A stretch of DNA of 39,839 nt from a virus (lineage: Duplodnaviria > Caudoviricetes): positions 1 through 39,839 of IMG/VR virus record IMGVR_UViG_3300030095_002782. The stretch is one strand, 5' to 3'. How positions within the stretch are numbered: position 1 is the stretch's first letter; each line of letters begins with the position of its first letter. Positions 10,407 to 18,652 of this stretch are shown here, piece after piece. The position numbers were made by a program, and so were the translations under genes. The notes under the pieces were generated by a model, which was not told the DNA's origin, did no database searches, and worked only from the letters and a program-made list of their open reading frames with translations.

Positions 10407-10982
10407 CTATCGATCTATGACTCGCAAGACATCGAAGTTATCAAAGATGTTTCGGTCTGCGTTTTCGCTGTCGCTGTCTATCGCTGTAGCTTTTGCATTA
10501 ATCTCGTCACGAAGCGTAAAGCTCTCGATCTCAGGAGACCCAAGAAAGCGATTAGCAAACTTACGAGCAGAGCGTATCGTGATGTAGTTTCTAAATTGTT
10601 GTGGTAGTTCTTCAAAGGTAAGTTCAAAAGTGATAGAAACGTCTAAGTCTTCGCTAAAGACGTCGGTATGGTTCTTCCTGTCGTACAATGTAGTACCACG
10701 CTGTACAAGGTCTATATCGTTATACTTGTCGATTGGAACGTCGATTTTAAGCGTGTTAGAAGGAAGATTAAATTTGTTGGAAGAGTCGCGTACAAGTGGA
10801 TAAATATGTTCAGTATTATAATGCCATCCTTCCGATTGTACTTCTCTATTGACTTCATCAAGGACGTTTAAAGCGGTTACCACGGAAACGGGTAAACTGC
10901 TACCGCTGATTGAATTGATAGGACTTTCGCCTATTACGCCAATCATTGTGTTTACTGCTTCAAGCTTTGATGTAAGTGCCAT
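10407..10982 (-). CDS. Tail tubular protein A (T7 gp11-like)
   Basis: LEAVNxMxxxIGESP, VQSEGWxYN, LYDR, FEELP motifs; follows the capsid gene. Confidence 0.95.
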   Translation of the reverse strand: MALTSKLEAVNTMIGVIGESPINSISGSSLPVSVVTALNVLDEVNREVQSEGWHYNTEHIYPLVRDSSNKFNLPSNTLKIDVPIDKYNDIDLVQRGTTLYDRKNHTDVFSEDLDVSITFELTFEELPQQFRNYITIRSARKFANRFLGSPEIESFTLRDEINAKATAIDSDSENADRNIFDNFDVLRVIDR

Positions 10983-11020
10983 ATGTATAAATAATAAAGT
11001 TTAAGATAATATGATTGCGA

Positions 11021-11067
11021 GAGGGAAGCGAGGTCAAAACGAAATGATAAAAACCCTCACTTCCCTC
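11021..11067 (-). other. 13-bp RNA stem-loop downstream of the capsid gene (processing site, stabiliser or terminator)
   Basis: Minus strand GAGGGAAGTGAGG...CCTCGCTTCCCTC with one G-U pair; no U-tract follows. Confidence 0.6.
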
Positions 11068-11089
11068 AACACAACCAAAACAGAAAAAA

Positions 11090-12154
11090 CTACTTCTGTA
11101 ATTCAATAGCACATTCTGGACGGAGTATTCCGTGTCCCATAGCGTACTTTGCAATGAAGAGAGTTCCTTGGCGCTCCATCTGATACTCGGACTCGGTCGC
11201 AAGATCAAGAAGCTTAACTGTTCCAACAGCGGCTGGGTGAGCAACAATACCAAGCGAGTTGGTGAAGTTACCATTGTACCCTACTCCGTTTGAACCGAAT
11301 ACATCGTTAGAAGCGGCTCCGTCACCTGTAGAGGTGGAAGACAAATCAGTCGATGGAAGGTGAGTAGACTTATAGATGCTGATACCAGCAACCTGTGCGA
11401 TAGAACCAGAAGCAAGTGATCCAGAACCACCAACGTCTTGATTAGACGCAGAAGTCGAGATAACGAGCGATCCGCTACCACCAGTGATAAGCTTGTAATA
11501 CTCTTGAGGACGAAGAACACAGAATCTTCCATCGGAAGGAACGTCGTTCTCATCGAGCTTTTGAGCGGCTGTAAACAACGCAGCAACAAGTTCTGCTCCT
11601 GTTGGATCAGTATTGTCGGAGTCGTCAGAACCATCAGCGGGTGTTCCCATCGCGTTAGCAGATACGTCAAGTACTCCACCAACTTTACCACCAGTAACGC
11701 CTGGAGTAGCTTCGCGAGCGGCGGCGATAAACACTTTAGCAATCGCTTCATCGAAACGTTTAGCAAGCGCTTTACCTAGCTCAGAAGCATAGACGGAACG
11801 GATGTCGTAATGATTCTTTACATCGTCGATAGAACTGAGGAATGTCGAAGAAAGAAGTACGTCGTCAATAGTGATGACTTTCTCGTTCTTCTTGATGTCG
11901 CTCAAGTAAGAATTACCACCGTCGGCAATGTTCTGTCCAGGAGTATAGTAGTTAGCGGAAGCAATACCTGTTACAGGAAATTGAGCGCTTTTACCATTCT
12001 CGATAGTACGGATAGTATGTAAAGGTTTGAAGACGTTATTTTCTTCAAAGGTCGTTAATATTTCGCCAGCAAACTTCTTCAAGAAAAGAGCATCAACTGC
12101 TCCACTTGAATTAATCTGACCGACGCGTGAGGGAGTTGTATCTCCATTAGCCAT
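11090..12154 (-). CDS. Major capsid protein (T7 gp10-like)
   Basis: ALFLKKFAGEILTTF, RTIxxGKSAQFPVTG, ITIDD, YAMGHGILRPECA; AGGAG RBS upstream. Confidence 0.97.
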   Translation of the reverse strand: MANGDTTPSRVGQINSSGAVDALFLKKFAGEILTTFEENNVFKPLHTIRTIENGKSAQFPVTGIASANYYTPGQNIADGGNSYLSDIKKNEKVITIDDVLLSSTFLSSIDDVKNHYDIRSVYASELGKALAKRFDEAIAKVFIAAAREATPGVTGGKVGGVLDVSANAMGTPADGSDDSDNTDPTGAELVAALFTAAQKLDENDVPSDGRFCVLRPQEYYKLITGGSGSLVISTSASNQDVGGSGSLASGSIAQVAGISIYKSTHLPSTDLSSTSTGDGAASNDVFGSNGVGYNGNFTNSLGIVAHPAAVGTVKLLDLATESEYQMERQGTLFIAKYAMGHGILRPECAIELQK

Positions 12155-12220
12155 AATTAAGTTCTCCTATTTATATAGAGTTAATATTAGTGTTAGTATT
12201 ATTAGTCGTTGCTAGTCGGT

Positions 12221-12243
12221 CAGTTGTCCCGCGCACGGGGCTG
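12221..12243 (-). promoter_or_regulatory. GC-rich hairpin element upstream of the capsid gene
   Basis: Minus strand CAG-C-CCCG-TGCG-CGGG-ACAA-CTG within an otherwise AT-rich leader. Confidence 0.4.
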
Positions 12244-12268
12244 TCTTTTGCTTCGTCTAAAAAAAGTG

Positions 12269-12733
12269 TTATCTTCGTCCTCCAGGCGTGAAGTAAAACC
12301 CCACGATCATTGGCAAGACTACGGTCGCTTGAAAGAGCGCGATATGTCCTGTTGTAACAACCAAAGGGGCTTGGCTTGCTTGAAGACTGATGAGTCCGAA
12401 TAATAGTTCGTTCCGTCCTTCTCCTGTGATGTTGGTGACGGAGACAAGGGGGACGGTTGGATAAACGGCTGTGATGCACGTGACGAATGAGAGCGTTGAC
12501 ATCCCGATAAGAGCAAGCATACGACGAGTACCACGGACAAAACCGCCAGCATCCCCGCTATTGATAGATTCTTGAAACTTAACTGCTTGTTCATTATTAC
12601 GTGCTTCCCTTGCCATTTCTAATTCAAACCGATGTTGACGGCTGTCTACCAACGCGCCAAATACTCCTTTTAACACACTTCCCATCGCGGCGCTTCCACC
12701 GCCTGTAAGAAAGAGTGTTAAGAGTTCAAACAT
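12269..12733 (-). CDS. Membrane protein, putative holin-like (3 hydrophobic segments)
   Basis: Hydrophobic N-terminus, charged linker, TR-containing TM segment, C-terminal VGFYF..GGRR. Confidence 0.5.
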   Translation of the reverse strand: MFELLTLFLTGGGSAAMGSVLKGVFGALVDSRQHRFELEMAREARNNEQAVKFQESINSGDAGGFVRGTRRMLALIGMSTLSFVTCITAVYPTVPLVSVTNITGEGRNELLFGLISLQASQAPLVVTTGHIALFQATVVLPMIVGFYFTPGGRR

Positions 12734-12734
12734 A

Positions 12735-13487
12735 TCAGATATTGGATACCGCCAATCGACGGTCTACCTCGGCGTGATACGCCTTATCGCCGCTTTTATA
12801 TCGTGGGTCTTGCATTGCTCGACTTACTTCTTGCATAGATTGATACGGCATTGTCGATGTACCTGTCGTATTGCCCGTGACAAGCTTTGGTCCTTGACCA
12901 CCTGTCTCGTTCTTATAACGCGCATACAAACCGCTTACAGCGAGCTTTGCGTGTTCAACAGCACCATTGTTTACAACGTCGTTAAAAGTGTTCATTTCTT
13001 CGTCCGACAACACTTCGCCCGCCCATTCCGACATAGTATCGTATTCACCATTTGCAGCGCCTTTAATCGCAACTGATTCGCTGTCTTGTAGAGCCGCTTG
13101 ACCACGCGCAAAGCTATCGACCAACTCGCGGTTAAGACCGACTTTAGCAAGCGCTTCATATGTTTCATCTGCAAGTTTACCATCATTTTCAAAAAATTCC
13201 TTTGATGCATCTGTAATTAAAGTTTGTGCTTCGTTTGATTCCGTTGAAGGTTCAGTCTCCGTTACTTCTTCTTCTTCGACTTCTTGTTCTTCGTCAGGTC
13301 TGCCCATTTTGGACTCAAGTTCTCCGTAGGCTTTGACGAGGTCTTCTGCTGATTTAAATTTCTCTGGTAGCCATTCTGGGCGTTCTTGCTCGACTTGAGG
13401 TTCTTCAACCGTCTCTGTTTGCTGTTGATCGGGTTCAATCTCGTTTGGTGCTTTTTCGTTTATTTCGACTTTTTGGTACTCTGCCAT
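12735..13487 (-). CDS. Capsid scaffolding/assembly protein (T7 gp9-like)
   Basis: Acidic; RPEWLPEKFKSAEDLxKAYxELE and AMQDPRY...D.AY..EV motifs; between portal and capsid. Confidence 0.93.
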   Translation of the reverse strand: MAEYQKVEINEKAPNEIEPDQQQTETVEEPQVEQERPEWLPEKFKSAEDLVKAYGELESKMGRPDEEQEVEEEEVTETEPSTESNEAQTLITDASKEFFENDGKLADETYEALAKVGLNRELVDSFARGQAALQDSESVAIKGAANGEYDTMSEWAGEVLSDEEMNTFNDVVNNGAVEHAKLAVSGLYARYKNETGGQGPKLVTGNTTGTSTMPYQSMQEVSRAMQDPRYKSGDKAYHAEVDRRLAVSNI

Positions 13488-13509
13488 GATCTTTCACTTT
13501 TGGTTGTTA

Positions 13510-15051
13510 TTATTCTTGTGGTTGTTGTTGTGCAATAGCGTTTATAGTCGGCGCTACAGCGGGCGCTCCAAGCTTCATCATCATTTCTTGTTGTTGAGCC
13601 TGTTGCATTTGTTGTTGAATTTCTTCTTCCGACTTAATCAATCCTTCGGTCTCGATACCCAACGCGGTAGCACGTCGTTTAAAGTAATCACTTACATTGA
13701 CGTACTGCATAACGGAGTCAGGACCGACGACTTGTGACGCTCCAGCAAGGAACATATCAAGACGATTAAGATCATTACCACGACCAAGCGCTTCAACGCC
13801 TGTTACTATGGTAGGTTTAACAATGTCCTTCGGAAGTTTAGGAAGGCGATCCTTCTTACTCATTCGCTCCATTAAGCGCGATACAAGCGGAAGTTGAAAC
13901 TCCTGTGAAAGTATTGAATAGAGTCCGCCCAATGCCGCTTCAAGTTCTTGGGATAACATTCGTATTTCCTCGGCGGTCACTCGCTCGGCATCACGCACCA
14001 CGGAACTATTCAAAAGAAAGGCGTGAGATAAACGGTCTTGTATTTTAGCACTTACCGATTCAGCTACACGAAAATCATTAAACTTATTAAGTTGTAAAAC
14101 GGATACATCGCCGTCACTACCTTGTACAATCGCACCGTTAGGCGCTTCAGCCAATGTACGCGCGCGAGTAGTACCGTTAGGATTAATCATAAACAACACC
14201 TTAGCGGCGGCGGCACTGCCTTCTACAATTGCTTTAGTCAGCGCTTCAAGCGATTTAAGATCGCCTATGTACTCTTCAACAAATCCACGTCCGTAATCTT
14301 CGCCGTCAATACGTGTATAACGCAACGGTATCCAAGGTGATTTATCAACGGAATATGATCCTTTTGACTCTTCAATGACAATTCCTTTGACGTCCTGTTG
14401 AACGATGAACTTGTCGCCTTCACGAACAATACTCGTGTATAAGTCGCAATTGTTATCTTTTGATTCTTTGTAAACTTCGTCGCGTACTTCTTCGGGAAGC
14501 ATGAACGGTGCAACAGTTTCTTTCACGGCTATATGCGTGACATTGCCCATGGCATCGCGTTTAACGACGTATCTGTCTGGACGGAACACACGCATACCAC
14601 CATCGTCAGGCATGTATAAAAGCGTGTTACCACTAACCAATAAATTCTTTAATGCTTCAAACACACCGACTCGAAACGCTTCCACTTCGACCTCTTGACT
14701 TACTGCTCGTTCAACGTCGCTTAAAGCTTTTTCAAGATCGGTGCGTAACTGTTCGCCTTGCTCATCGCCCATTTCGGCTTTCGCTTTTTCAAGCTCGTAT
14801 CGGTCGATGACCAAACGAAAGAAAGATGCGTTAGGCGGTAGTAAAGCGAGTAATAACTTAGACGCTAGGTTGTTTACACCACGCGCACCTATACCTTGAT
14901 AAGGCGTGTAGTACTTCGTATGAGGACCGTGTCCTTCGGGTGGAAGAACGTAAGGTATCGTCAACTCAGCAGACGTTCTAGCGCGATCTAAGAACGACCA
15001 ACGCTGTCCTTCAAGCTGCGTGTATAGGCTTTGAGCCGTTTCGTATTGCAT
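13510..15051 (-). CDS. Portal / head-tail connector (T7 gp8-like)
   Basis: PYQGIGARGVNNLASKL, GEDYGRG.VEEY.GDL.SLE, RDAERVTAEEIR, TGVEALGR. Confidence 0.97.
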   Translation of the reverse strand: MQYETAQSLYTQLEGQRWSFLDRARTSAELTIPYVLPPEGHGPHTKYYTPYQGIGARGVNNLASKLLLALLPPNASFFRLVIDRYELEKAKAEMGDEQGEQLRTDLEKALSDVERAVSQEVEVEAFRVGVFEALKNLLVSGNTLLYMPDDGGMRVFRPDRYVVKRDAMGNVTHIAVKETVAPFMLPEEVRDEVYKESKDNNCDLYTSIVREGDKFIVQQDVKGIVIEESKGSYSVDKSPWIPLRYTRIDGEDYGRGFVEEYIGDLKSLEALTKAIVEGSAAAAKVLFMINPNGTTRARTLAEAPNGAIVQGSDGDVSVLQLNKFNDFRVAESVSAKIQDRLSHAFLLNSSVVRDAERVTAEEIRMLSQELEAALGGLYSILSQEFQLPLVSRLMERMSKKDRLPKLPKDIVKPTIVTGVEALGRGNDLNRLDMFLAGASQVVGPDSVMQYVNVSDYFKRRATALGIETEGLIKSEEEIQQQMQQAQQQEMMMKLGAPAVAPTINAIAQQQPQE

Positions 15052-15054
15052 AAA

Positions 15055-15273
15055 TTAAGAAGGATTCCATTCGTCAGTAGATACTATAGCTAGAATTTCA
15101 GCATGGTTATATTGTGTTTTACCTTCTAAAAAACTAGGCGTTATGTCGCTATCGAATTTTACAACTGTTTGCGAGTTATCCACTTTCCATCGCAGGGAAT
15201 CTGCGTTATTTTCAATAACTTGGCTAAAATCGATTGATGAGGTGTCGCTTTGGTTTAATATTACATATTTCAT
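15055..15273 (-). CDS. Small hypothetical phage protein
   Basis: 72 aa ORF tightly packed between neighbours; IDFSQV...SLR...VKF...PSF...W pattern. Confidence 0.75.
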   Translation of the reverse strand: MKYVILNQSDTSSIDFSQVIENNADSLRWKVDNSQTVVKFDSDITPSFLEGKTQYNHAEILAIVSTDEWNPS

Positions 15274-15275
15274 AA

Positions 15276-16439
15276 TTAAGCGGGTAAGTCGGTGGAATAA
15301 GTCGTACCTGTCAAAGTCCCATTATTTGAACCTTGTGAATCGTTTGAGTTGTCCTCGAAGCGATACCAATGTTTGAGGTCTCCATTTCCAGAACCTACAA
15401 AACTAGTCAAATCGCCTGGCGTTCCATTAGTACCGCCTGATCCGCCATTCGCTTCTCCTTTGTAAATGTTTGCTATTTGTGCAGTCGATAGTGTTTCACT
15501 AAAAATGGCATATTCGTCCATAAGTCCAAGGAAGTATTTACTATTATTACCCCTTGCCCCAATTTTAAATCCGTCACCTGTACTACTGCCTGTTGAAGCG
15601 CTACTCGTAGCTATGGTTACTTCAGGGCTTGCATTTCCATCGACATAAATTTTTGCAGAGCTTGACCCAAAAGTAACTACGATGTTGTGCCATGCGTTTT
15701 GTGAAGGACGATAAGAAGTATAAGCATTAGTCCCAGCACCTGTCGAAAAATAACCATTCGTAGAATAAAAAGATAAACCAAAACTTGTACCATCTGCACC
15801 AAATCTGTGAGTTTCAGCGGCGGCATTTGTATTGGTATCTTTTTCCCACCAACTTAGCGAATAAGTAGAAGCTGAATTGAGTGCTGTAATATTTCCTAAG
15901 TCGACTCTATCATCAACTCCATCCATGCTTAAAGACTTACTATTTGCGTAGATAAATAAAAAGTCTACATCACCTTCTATACTGTATGTATCCGTTCCTG
16001 TAGGCACTAAGTTAACTACACCATGCTGTCCAATAACGGCATTTGGCATATTAGCACCAGACGTATAACCATTAATTGTTGACCCACTCGCCATTATTCT
16101 AACTCGTCCGCTTCCGCCTTGAACAAAGCGACAGTTAAATCCGCTTAACAAACCCGAAGGAATTGTAACATCGATACGACTACTAGAATTACAAAACACA
16201 ACCTTTCCATTTTCTGTATTAGCAAGAGTAAAAGAAGCTGTCTTTGTCGTTATATCGTTATGTAAAGTAACCGCTCCAGTACGTCCTGCTACCGATTGAA
16301 CGGGTGCCAACGTCATTAAGTTAGTAGCTGTTACTTTTTTAGTTGTTGCCGTACCCGCAATGTCATCGACAATTGCAAGAATATCTGCACCAGCGGGACT
16401 CGCTAGGTTGCTTAAATCTGTAAATTTTTTATTAGCCAT
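15276..16439 (-). CDS. Fibre/adhesin-like protein with C-terminal LamG/concanavalin-A-like domain
   Basis: VQSVAGRTGAVTL fibre motif; SLSMDGVDD...WHNIVVTF...IYVDG...FLGLMDEYAIF LamG signature. Confidence 0.8.
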   Translation of the reverse strand: MANKKFTDLSNLASPAGADILAIVDDIAGTATTKKVTATNLMTLAPVQSVAGRTGAVTLHNDITTKTASFTLANTENGKVVFCNSSSRIDVTIPSGLLSGFNCRFVQGGSGRVRIMASGSTINGYTSGANMPNAVIGQHGVVNLVPTGTDTYSIEGDVDFLFIYANSKSLSMDGVDDRVDLGNITALNSASTYSLSWWEKDTNTNAAAETHRFGADGTSFGLSFYSTNGYFSTGAGTNAYTSYRPSQNAWHNIVVTFGSSSAKIYVDGNASPEVTIATSSASTGSSTGDGFKIGARGNNSKYFLGLMDEYAIFSETLSTAQIANIYKGEANGGSGGTNGTPGDLTSFVGSGNGDLKHWYRFEDNSNDSQGSNNGTLTGTTYSTDLPA

Positions 16440-16444
16440 AATTA

Positions 16445-16633
16445 TTAAGTAGGTTCAAAGAGTAATACATCGCCCAGTTCGGTTACTAAAGGTTCTGAAA
16501 GCTCTGTTAATAAAGCTCCATCTATTATATTAATAGCATCAAAACCATACAGCGTACCAAAAGCTGGTCTTACTAGTTCCGAAGGAATGGGAATTAATTC
16601 ACTCGGTTTAACAAGCTCGTCTGTAAATTCCAT
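16445..16633 (-). CDS. Small hypothetical protein (probably structural)
   Basis: 62 aa; LLTE..EPLVTE.GD motif; packed in the operon. Confidence 0.7.
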   Translation of the reverse strand: MEFTDELVKPSELIPIPSELVRPAFGTLYGFDAINIIDGALLTELSEPLVTELGDVLLFEPT

Positions 16634-16636
16634 CGG

Positions 16637-16957
16637 TTAGAGAGATGCTGTAGTACCAGTAGCAAAAACGCTGTAAGTACCATCGGTTCTAGCGGATACG
16701 TTACCACGAATCTTTTCATAATGTCCGTGGTCGTCTCTTACTGTTACATTGCCATCGGCTGTTACAGCTTGACTATGTATAGCGCGCCAACTACCGCCGA
16801 TATACGCTTCAACATCTACAGTCCCGCCCGTCGTAACCGACGAAGACGCGATGGTAAATGTCCAGCCTTTCGAGCGTTCAACGCTAAAGGAACTGCCCGC
16901 ACCTGTCGCTGATTGAGCCGACAAGAGCGTGATTTTCTGGAGTGATAATAATGACAT
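16637..16957 (-). CDS. Small beta-rich hypothetical protein (probably structural)
   Basis: 106 aa, S/T/G-rich, in the operon. Confidence 0.7.
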   Translation of the reverse strand: MSLLSLQKITLLSAQSATGAGSSFSVERSKGWTFTIASSSVTTGGTVDVEAYIGGSWRAIHSQAVTADGNVTVRDDHGHYEKIRGNVSARTDGTYSVFATGTTASL

Positions 16958-16984
16958 GATTATTCTTTCTATATATATTATTTA

Positions 16985-17188
16985 TTAACTAGGTAAATTC
17001 ACACCTGTACCGCCGTAGCTTCCGCCCATTTTTGGGCTACGATTGAGCTTGATTGTTCCTACTCGTCGATTAACTTTAGATTTTCCTACTTTCGCTTTAG
17101 GCGTTGCAGTAGTTGCTACTTGTGAAGGTGGTGGCGGTGGTGGTGGCGGCTCTGGTGGCGGCGGTATCTTAGGACTGAGAAAGCACAT
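16985..17188 (-). CDS. Small proline-rich virion protein (T7 gp6.7/7.3 position)
   Basis: MC start, poly-Pro, basic C-terminus ending GTGVNLPS. Confidence 0.65.
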   Translation of the reverse strand: MCFLSPKIPPPPEPPPPPPPPSQVATTATPKAKVGKSKVNRRVGTIKLNRSPKMGGSYGGTGVNLPS

Positions 17189-17193
17189 ATGAT

Positions 17194-17394
17194 TTATTCC
17201 TTGGGACTTATTAATGTTGTATGTTGTTCGTCATACGTATCTTTCAAGAACTCGATGACTTTTCTTTGACCGACCTTGATCCATATCTCGCGTTCACTAT
17301 CTTTTATATCGGGTAAACGAAGCGGAAATCGAGCGTCTAAAACGTCGATTAAATCGCGGCTCAAGTCGGGAAGTTTTCTAATAGGATTAGTCAT
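17194..17394 (-). CDS. Conserved hypothetical podophage protein
   Basis: LIxxLDxRFP...IW..VGQR.VI.FL pattern; directly after the exonuclease. Confidence 0.7.
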   Translation of the reverse strand: MTNPIRKLPDLSRDLIDVLDARFPLRLPDIKDSEREIWIKVGQRKVIEFLKDTYDEQHTTLISPKE

Positions 17395-17398
17395 CAGC

Positions 17399-18250
17399 CT
17401 AAAAACTAAGCGGTTCAAACGGCTTTTGTCGAGACAAATCTTCGTCTAAATTACCAGTAACTTGATGGATTAAATGGCTGTATTTTCGTTTTTGTTTTTC
17501 GTCAAAACACGACGGCATCCATAGATATTTAATCTGTTTATGTTTATTATTATATTCATCCTTGCGAATAAGATACGCCATCCAAGCGTTCATAAGCGCA
17601 TCTTGTTCGGTCATAAACGCCTTCTTATATGCGTTAAGTACGGTGTCCCAAGTTGCGCCGTGGGCGTCGAGTAACTTCTCTGCTGACTTAACCCCGATCT
17701 TAGGTACGCCTTTGTATCCGTCAACTGGATCGCCCGCAAGTGTTTGTATTAAATGGTATCGATCAGCTTGTTCTTCCGTTGTCTCGTGTAACTCACCACG
17801 ATTAAAGTCGTAGAACGCACAAGGTACAGATTTAAAATCTTTATCTATACTAACGATGATACGTTTGTCCTTTCGGTTCGGTCGTTCCGTCGCTAGGATT
17901 GCGAGTACATCGTCAGCTTCTAAGTTAGGATATATCACCGTACCGTATTCTTCGGCAAGCCAAGCGCGTATCAGGTCGAGTCCTATAGGTGCAAACTTAG
18001 ATCGTCTGTTTGCTTTGTACTCGTGGTTAAGCTTGCGTCTGAAGTTGTTCTTATCGGAGATAGCAAGGATGAAGTCGTCCGCTTTCATACGTTTTTTAAA
18101 CGTTTCAAGTCGATCAACAATCCATGTTTTCGCAATAGCAAGGTCAGTATGTACCGTCCATAATTCTTCTTTCCATTGGATGTTAGCTTGCGCTGTGAAC
18201 GCAGATTGATACGCCAATACGTCGGCGTCTATTAATAGTGTTGTTGTCAT
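17399..18250 (-). CDS. 5'-3' exonuclease (T7 gp6-like)
   Basis: LLIDAD, YKANR, LEADD, SIDKD, GDPVDGYKGVPKIG motifs. Confidence 0.95.
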   Translation of the reverse strand: MTTTLLIDADVLAYQSAFTAQANIQWKEELWTVHTDLAIAKTWIVDRLETFKKRMKADDFILAISDKNNFRRKLNHEYKANRRSKFAPIGLDLIRAWLAEEYGTVIYPNLEADDVLAILATERPNRKDKRIIVSIDKDFKSVPCAFYDFNRGELHETTEEQADRYHLIQTLAGDPVDGYKGVPKIGVKSAEKLLDAHGATWDTVLNAYKKAFMTEQDALMNAWMAYLIRKDEYNNKHKQIKYLWMPSCFDEKQKRKYSHLIHQVTGNLDEDLSRQKPFEPLSF

Positions 18251-18648
18251 TGTTTATAAAATAAGCTCCAGTTGTTTTGATATTGTTTATACTTTGCTTT
18301 TGATAAAGGAGATGGACACAGGTTAATCGTTTGACTGTTACCTACATGCTTTCTTGGTATAATCCACCAAATGTCAATCGGCATTACATAACACGCAAAC
18401 ACATCTACATCGTAACTCGTAATATCTTTTCCTGTATGTCCAACGCCTGTCACAACCTTATACGCACTTCCATGCTTACTATTTGTACATTTCACCTGTA
18501 CCTTGTGAAGTCCCGAAGGACATGTAACTAGAAAATCCCACGGCATAGGTGTCGTTGTGGGATGTGGTTCAAAGCTACGTTCAAGGCATTGACGTACAAA
18601 TGCAACTTCGGCAATCGTTCCTACGCGTTGTGATTCAGACGATGGCAT
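18247..18648 (-). CDS. Free-standing PD-(D/E)XK endonuclease (group I intron-associated type)
   Basis: G..AE..F, PWDFLV, KVQVK, Y.VDVFACY...WWIIP pattern. Confidence 0.75.
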   Translation of the reverse strand: MPSSESQRVGTIAEVAFVRQCLERSFEPHPTTTPMPWDFLVTCPSGLHKVQVKCTNSKHGSAYKVVTGVGHTGKDITSYDVDVFACYVMPIDIWWIIPRKHVGNSQTINLCPSPLSKAKYKQYQNNWSLFYKQ

Positions 18649-18652
18649 GGTT

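Noticed and set aside
10960-11274. Possible gp10B-like frameshift extension of the capsid
   Set aside because: The alternate frame crosses a hairpin and AT-rich spacer and looks non-protein-like; I found no clear slippery site
17125-17165. GGT/GGC microsatellite-like run
   Set aside because: It simply encodes the poly-proline tract of the small virion protein
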